DNA of 28,143 nucleotides, taken from Octopus sinensis. Lineage: Eukaryota. Each line of letters opens with the position of its first letter. Within the stretch, counting starts at the first letter, position 1. The notes beneath the pieces were generated by a model. That model was not told the origin of the DNA, did no database searches, and saw only the letters and a program-made list of their open reading frames with translations. The position numbers were made by a program, and so were the translations under genes. Where the stretch lies: assembly GCF_006345805.1 (NCBI RefSeq), contig NW_021833402.1, positions 1-28,143 on the forward strand, in the 5' to 3' direction. This document shows, one piece after another, positions 21,531 through 28,143 of this stretch.

Positions 21531-21888
21531 ATCTATCAACGTGTTCCTATATATCCTTATATGCGTCTCCTTATTCACCCCTTAGTCTGTGTGAATCAAT
21601 GTTTGTTTACTTTACGGTGTTTTACTCATTGAATCTGTTGTTGTTCTCGTTGTTGTTGTTGATGAATTTTTATTGTATTGTTACGTTAATCTATTAGTAT
21701 TTGTTTCGTTTCTAATCACTGGAGCGATATTGAAACTCTAATCTCTGCCATCTTCAGACACGAAGGCCGCCATCTTCCCTTTTATGTACACACTGAACGA
21801 CCAACGAAATACCATAAACCGATGGGTGCATATTAACTGTCAATACATATATCATAATATATAATGTGTGTGTGTATGTGCGTATATG

Positions 21889-21920
<32 letters not shown>

Positions 21921-21960
21921 CATACATATATACACATACACAAACATATGTGTGTATAGA

Positions 21961-22120
21961 CACAGGCGTGGACTGTGGTAAGTATCTTGCTTCCCAACCA
22001 CATGGTTCCATATTTCAGTCTCACTGCGAGGCACCCTTGGCAAGTCTCTTCTACTATAGCCTCGAGCCGACCAAAGCCTTGTGAGTGGATTTGGTAGACG
22101 GAAACTGAAAGAAGATTATC

Positions 22121-22158
<38 letters not shown>

Positions 22159-22286
22159 TATGTATGTTTGTATGTATGTATGTCTGTATGTGTAATTGTT
22201 TTGTGTGTCTGTGTTTGTTCCCCCAACATCACTTGACAACCGATGTTAGTGTGTTTATGTTCCTGTAACTTAGCGGTTCGGCAAAA
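21961..22286 (+). mobile_element. SINE family A, 3'-truncated
   Basis: Head, CORE-like segment, GAGTGGATTTGGTAGACGGAAACTGAAAGAAG and internal TA; stops after TAACTTAGCGGTTCGGCAAAA. Confidence 0.9.
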
Positions 22287-22372
22287 TGTATTTTAACCAA
22301 TCAGTATGTAACTTAGACATCACGGGAGGCACATCAAAGATTCTTTACTTTGCCCGCACGTAAAGACATATC

Positions 22373-22653
22373 AGTAAAGATTATTTGCCACCATAATGTG
22401 ACGGTCTTGGTTAGGACGTTTGTTATTGTTATCTAGCCTCAAAAAACATCGTCTTCACCTCGTTATATGACACACTATCTGCGTCCTTATATTTTCGAAC
22501 AAAGGTGTATTCGTCCCTTGTTCGAAAATATAAGAACGCAGATTGTGCGTCGTATAACCAGCTGGAAGCGGTGTATTTGGGGTGGGGGGCTAAACAAAAA
22601 TAACAGTCGTCCTAATCAGGACTGCCATATTATGTTGCCAAATAATCTTTACT
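22373..22653. mobile_element. Foldback/MITE-like element, an almost entirely palindromic 281 bp
   Basis: Outer arms 22373-22438 and 22588-22653 match at 54/66, ungapped. Inner arms 22462-22505 and 22515-22558 match at 39/44. The loop is 9 nt. Confidence 0.85.
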
Positions 22654-22962
22654 CTAGAGTATTGTTACTGAATGTCTCTCGTTCAGAGATTTAGAAATAA
22701 TAATTTTCTATTTAAAGAAACATTTGTTTAGCTATATTTTGGAATGTTGTAAATAACATTCCTGTTTCCATTGAATTCTAATGTTATTCCAGAAATTTTT
22801 ACATCTGAATCGAGTCAATGTTCATATGGTCAACACTACTACCATCCTCCACTATTATTGCTGTTAGTGGTGGCAGTGATAAAAGTAGTAATAACAGTAG
22901 CATTTATTATTATTATCACCATCATCATTATAATTGTCATCGTTACTATGAAGGTCCATTTG

Positions 22963-23404
22963 CTAACAGAACGGGTTTAAATTTATGAATAAAATTCGTA
23001 CCTCTGACTTTTCTCCCAATTGTATTTGAGTTCTATGGTTGTAGATTGAAATATTATAAATTTTTTTCTGACCACGTTGCCAGTTGGTTGCTTAAAGATA
23101 CCTGACGAACATGAGGAAACCTAATTTGCTGCCGGTGTACTCTTGGTCGTTCGCTAATGCATTCCCAGTCTGACTAACATCTCTGGCATTTGATTCAGTA
23201 AATTAAATTTCTGCTTTTGCAGTTCATATTTGCATTTGTAAATAATCCTCCGGTTTTTGTGCTCGTGTATTAGCCAGTATATATGAACTGGCATATACCA
23301 CATCAATTATCATTGCCCTTCGATACAATGAATGATTGATCATCGCTGCTATGGTCAAACTTTGCCTTTCTTAAATATTGTTTTAAGCTCTTCGGCTGTC
23401 TTTT
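22963..23404 (-). mobile_element. Penelope-like element (Neptune-type) Cys-rich linker and GIY-YIG endonuclease relic
   Basis: One frame reads KRQPKSLKQYLRKAKFDHSSDDQSFIVSKGNDN*CGICQFIYTG*YTSTKTGGLFTNANMNCKSRNLIY*IKCQRC..(QTGNAL in a shifted frame)..ERPRVHRQQIRFPHVRQVSLSNQL. It contains several stops. Confidence 0.85.
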
Positions 23405-23853
23405 ATAAAATGAAAAACATCCTCGTTAATAAAATAAATTGTTACTTTAAAAAACAATTATTTCGTTTTCTTCGCTCAATACCGCTTTTTAAATAAAAAA
23501 TGTTTTAAGGAACTTAATGAAAATATTTAACGAAATTGATAAAGAGCATTAAGAATTCAGCCACATTACATTTATAGATTTGAAATATTTAATGTGAAAT
23601 ACGTGTTGGGTAAATGCTTCCTAATACATCGATATTTGGCTGCAAATTTGTAGGTTCTACTCTTGAATTACCCATGTTCTTCCAGATTCAATTTACTTCT
23701 AATACAGTACCCTTAATACTTAAAAATATTTCGGGTGATTATCGATCGCTGGGATAGTTACTTAGACCCTCGCCCTCAGGAATCCATATCTACCGTTTTA
23801 CCGACCCCTGATTTGGACAGTTTGTGAAACCTTACATTATCTAGGCCTGTTGA

Positions 23854-23997
23854 AAGGCAGCGAGCTGGCAGAATTGTTTGCACGCCGGACAAAATGCTCG
23901 GCAGCATTTCGTCCGTCTTTACGTTTTTAAGCACAAATTAGACCGAGGTCGACATTGCCATTTATATTATCGGGGTCAACAAAATAAATACCAGTTA
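23854..23997 (+). mobile_element. SINE family B 5' part, diverged
   Basis: AAGGCAGCGAGCTGGCAGAATTG...CCGAGGTCGACATTGCC..TCGGGGTCAAC..AAATACCAGTT. Confidence 0.85.
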
Positions 23998-23998
23998 A

Positions 23999-24163
23999 AG
24001 GAGTGGCTGTGTGGTAAGCAGCTTGCTTACGAACCACATGGTTCCTGGTTCAGTCCTACTGCGTGGCAACTTGGGCAAGTGTCTTCTACTATAGCCTCGG
24101 GCCGACCAAGGCCTTCTGAGTGGATTTGGTAGACGGAAACTGAAAGAAGCCTGCCGTATATAT

Positions 24164-24204
<41 letters not shown>
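23999..24204 (+). mobile_element. SINE family A 5' half ending in (TA)n
   Basis: Head, B-box-like GGTTCAGTCC and CORE-like AACTTGGGCAAGTGTCTT, then (TA)n at 24157-24204. Confidence 0.9.
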
Positions 24205-24570
24205 GGCACAGGGGTGGTAAGAAGCTTGCTTCCCAGCCACATGCTTCCGGGTTCAGTCCCACTGCGTGGCATCTTGGGCAAGTGTCTTCTACTCTAGCCT
24301 CGGGATTTGGTAGAGTGGATTTGGTAGACGGAAACTGAAAGAAGCCCGTCGTATATATGTATATGTGTCTGTGTTTGTCCACTCCCGCAACATCGCTTGA
24401 CAACCGATGCTGGTGTGTTTACGTCCCCGTAACTTAGAGTTTCGGCAAAAGACACCGATAGAGTAAGTACTAGGCTTAAAAAGAATAAGCCCTGAGAGTC
24501 GATTTGCTGACTAAAGGCGGTGCTCCAGCATGGCCGCAGTCAAATGACTGAAATAAGTAAAAAGAAGGAA
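24205..24570 (+). mobile_element. SINE family A, near full-length
   Basis: Complete 5' and 3' halves, colinear with the reverse complement of 5218-5622. Confidence 0.92.
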
Positions 24571-24659
24571 AAACACTTCATCGACTTTTTCTTTTCCCTG
24601 AAGAAATTGCTCGCCCTATCTACATTTATATTCAAGCAATGTAACTGTGAAAACTTTCT

Positions 24660-24891
24660 TATTTCTTTACTACCCATAAGGGGCTACACTTAGAGGGGAC
24701 AAACAAGGACAGACAAATGGATTAAATCGATTATATCGACCCCAGTCCGTAACTGGTACTTATTTAATCGACACCGAAAGGATGAAAGGCAAAGTCGACC
24801 TCGGTGGAATTTGAACTCAGAACGTAGCGGCAGACGAAATACTGCTAAGTATTTCGCCCGGCGCGCTAACGTTTCTGCCAGCTCGCCGCCT
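24660..24891 (-). mobile_element. SINE family B, full-length single-body copy
   Basis: Reverse complement of head plus body; colinear with 5888-6120. Confidence 0.93.
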
Positions 24892-25588
24892 CTGAAAACT
24901 TTTTGTAATGTATTGTGGTAGGCATTGTTGATGTTGTTACTGCTGCTGCTGCTGCTGCTACAGCTGTCAAAGTATAATCCCAAGTACAAGAAACAGAACC
25001 GCGCTGCAGATCATCTACGATCAAAGCGAAAGCAACCCACTCACGACCATCTCATCTTATCCGCAGGGGAAAGTAGGACTATATTATCTAACATTTCCTT
25101 TCCTTATTTAGAACCATAAGAGCGATGATTGAAGGGAGTTTGGGTCATTATTTCTCTCCCCGTTGCTTTCAAGGCAATAAACAGCATTAATGATATATGA
25201 ACTGTTGCCAGCATGAAGCTTCGCAGCTCCACAATATATCTCCGCCTAACAATAGCTACAACAATCTTATCAATAGATTCAGCTGCAATTTCTCTTTAAT
25301 TTCCTCAATATGTTTGAATGTTAAAATTTAGTTCCCTATTCAAAGCCTATACAATAAATCTCTCTTTTATTTATTTTTTTTTTCTGGGAGTTTTACACAG
25401 AAGCTGGAACGAAAAACCGAAAACCGAAAATCCTGAAAACATTAAAAATACTTCGCGTATACTCGAGTGGGTTATTTATCAAAAGAAGAAATCGCATAAA
25501 TGTATTGATAAATATATTGACAAATATATACTGTGCTGTTGAGAAAACATTGAGATCGAAGGGGGAGCGATAAAAATGAAGATGTATT

Positions 25589-25619
<31 letters not shown>

Positions 25620-25815
25620 AAGAGGACTAAAGAGCGAGAGAGAAAGAGAGATAGAGAGGTGGATGGATAGATAGTTAGAAATGTAGGTAGATACATAACT
25701 AGACAGATACATAGATAGGTAGGGAGTTAGATAGATTAATAGACAGGTATTTGGATAACCGAGGGAGGGATAGTTGGCTTGAAAGGGAGGACAGAGAAAA
25801 TAGAATGTAAAATAT

Positions 25816-25888
<73 letters not shown>

Positions 25889-25966
25889 GTACACTCATAA
25901 ATGAGGAGAAAAGGGGAGAGACAGGCAGATAGATAGACAGAGCGAGAGAGAGAGAGAGAGAGAGAT

Positions 25967-26692
25967 AAGTTTCTTTATTGGCCACACAGGGCTGCACACA
26001 GATGGGACAAGTTACAAGGTAGAACTTTTCTTTTGGGGGATGAAAAAAGGGGGTGGCGTAGGTTTTCGATCAAGAGGGATCGTAAAAGGGAAGAAAAGAA
26101 CAAAAAAAATAAATAATAAAAAAAAAAATTTTTAAATTAAAAATTTAAAAAAATAAATAGAATAAAAAATAAAAAGAATAAAAGGAAAAAAAAGAAAGGG
26201 AAAAGGAAGAAAAGAAAAGAGAAATGAAAAAAAGAAGAAAAAAAGGAAAAAAGGGGAAGAGGAAAACAAAGAACGATCAATAGGGATCGTGTATCACAGT
26301 GATATGATATATGGTGTAAAGGGGAAAGCAAGTAAGGTTTATCCGTGGGAAGAAAAGCCTACGAAAAAGACCACGGTAACCTTGGTCAATATTGTTATAT
26401 GTTACCACATTTGTTTGCAAGTGGGTAACCCTCTGTTTTCAATTTCTGGGTTCATAGGATTATGCTCAAGGTGGCTTCGTCATTCATACGTGCCATCCTT
26501 GCTACATTCACCCATCTTTTTTTAAAACGTTCGAAGAACAAAACTTGCCTCTCTACTCTCACTTTCCTTTTCAAGTGGTACTTGAAGAAGTTGATGAGAG
26601 ATTGACCAGAGAGGAAAGTGTTTGTCTCCAATCCTTTCAGACGCGTCCACCAGTTACATTCTTTCGCCCTAGCCACAAGGATGATGAAAATA
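25967..26692 (-). mobile_element. Tx1/L1-clade LINE 3' end (ORF2 C-terminus plus 3' UTR), 5'-truncated
   Basis: IFIILVARAKECNWWTRLKGLETNTFLSGQSLINFFKYHLKRKVRVERQVLFFERFKKRWVNVARMARMNDEATLSIIL* (stop at 26452-26454) fits the AK..IW..R...F...W C-terminal pattern. The T-rich 3' UTR ends AATAAAGAAACT and is followed by TATC(TC)n. Confidence 0.8.
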
Positions 26693-26722
26693 GCTAGATA
26701 GCTAGCTAGCTAGCTAGCTAGC

Positions 26723-26802
<80 letters not shown>
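26691..26802. repeat. (GCTA)n followed by (GATA)n microsatellite
   Basis: Read directly. Confidence 0.95.
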
Positions 26803-26871
26803 CAGAGAGGGAGAAATAGACCAAATGACAGACGAACGGATGGGTAGAAAACCAGATAGACAGACAGGTGC

Positions 26872-26907
<36 letters not shown>

Positions 26908-27517
26908 TCAGCAGCTCTGAGCTGAAACAAACAAGAAAAAAAATATATGTATATATATTATATATATTATTATTTTATTGAACGCCACGCATCCATTCCC
27001 AAGTATATATACATATATATATATACAGAGAGAGAGAGAAAAAGAGACAGACTGAGGGAGAGAAAGCGAGAGAGAGAGAGATAAAAATTTTCATAGATTG
27101 ATAGAGTAACATTCCAGAGGAGGAAAAAGAAGTGAATAGATAAGAATAGGGAACTAAGAAAAATTGTGGGGTGGTGGGAAGAGATTATTAATGAAAGGCG
27201 CGGAGAGATTGCAGACATGCGTAGAAAACGCTTGGAGACAATGGCTGTTGGTGGTAGGAAGGAATACGAACTCTAAATCAATATTATGAGTGCATGTGTT
27301 GATACGCGTATAAGCGTAGGTATGTGTGAGCGTTTGCATGTATGTGTGTTAGTGTGTGTTGGTGTGTATACGTGAGTATGATTTTGTGAGTGTGTGTGTG
27401 TCTGTAAGATTGTGCATGCCTCTGTTGGCGCGTTGATTTATATTACTCATAAATACACACACACACCCACACACACACACACATATATATACACATACAC
27501 TCATTCATTATATTTTT

Positions 27518-27712
27518 GTTCTTTCATTCGTTTCAGGCATTTGACTGGAGCCAAGCTGGAGCACCGCCTGGAGGGTATTTAATCGAACAAACCGAAACCA
27601 GGCCATTTTTTTAAAGACTAATTCCATCAGTCATTTTTGCCGAAGCGCTAATTTACCATGACGAAAACATACCAACTCCGTTTGTCAAGCAGTGATGGGA
27701 GGACAAACACAG

Positions 27713-27746
<34 letters not shown>

Positions 27747-27914
27747 ACATATATATATTCAAGGGGCTTCTTTCAGTTTCCGTCTACAAAATTCACTCAC
27801 AAGGCTTGGGTCGGCCTGAAGCTATACTAGAAGACACTTGTCCAAGTTGCCACCTAAAACCGAAGACATGTTGTTGGGAAGCGACATTCTTACCACAGAG
27901 CCATACCTTCGCCT
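27518..27914 (-). mobile_element. SINE family A, diverged full-length copy with an internal (CA)n and a small deletion in the head
   Basis: Colinear with 5218-5622 (GCTGGAGCACCGCC...GGCTTCTTTCAGTTTCCGTCTAC...AGAAGACACTTG). Confidence 0.88.
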
Positions 27915-28096
27915 ATATTATATATATTATATAGATGGATATGCATTCAAACAGACATACATATATATTAATAAATACATACAGATGCAAACAGTGACAC
28001 AAAAAATAGGGCAAATATCTAGCTATTTACTCCCCTCTTTTTCTCTCTCTCTCTACACACATATATATATATACATATATACACACACAAATACTA

Positions 28097-28141
<45 letters not shown>

Positions 28142-28143
28142 AT

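Noticed and set aside
23095-23144. Plus-strand CUGACGA-N7-GAAAC with apparent stems I and III (looks like a canonical hammerhead)
   Set aside because: Stem II is only 1 bp and position 17 is G or missing. The sequence is the antisense of the GIY-YIG coding relic (RVHRQQIRFPHVRQ), so it is most likely coincidental.

Overview
This is AT-rich, repeat-saturated eukaryotic non-coding DNA, either intronic or intergenic. The SINE families and the TA/TACA/GATA/AAT microsatellite load resemble octopod cephalopod (Octopus-like) genomes; that assignment is recognition from memory, not a search result. I find no supportable host protein-coding exon, rRNA, true tRNA or CRISPR array. Almost all ORFs in the track are translated microsatellites. 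The window holds: (i) three tRNA-derived SINE families in about 16 copies or fragments, including a 3 x 184-bp tandem body and an older ~120-bp SINE-derived tandem array; (ii) decayed retroelement fragments, namely a Penelope-like GIY-YIG endonuclease, an R4/Dong-type 3' end inside (TAA)n, a second REL-type 3' end, a Tx1/L1-type 3' end between TC and TATC repeats, a CR1/L2-type endonuclease start and an RTE-type 5' UTR; (iii) a 281-bp foldback element and a ~720-bp tandem duplication. The most interesting layer is RNA structure. There are four different Penelope-type hammerhead-ribozyme motifs on the minus strand, one with a compensatory U3-A8 core pair. There is also a candidate HDV-like ribozyme starting at the 5' edge of the RTE fragment, and an unexplained GC-rich island with GAAA-capped hairpins. 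All folds were done by eye and none is shown to be active. Element boundaries are approximate (about +/-10 nt).
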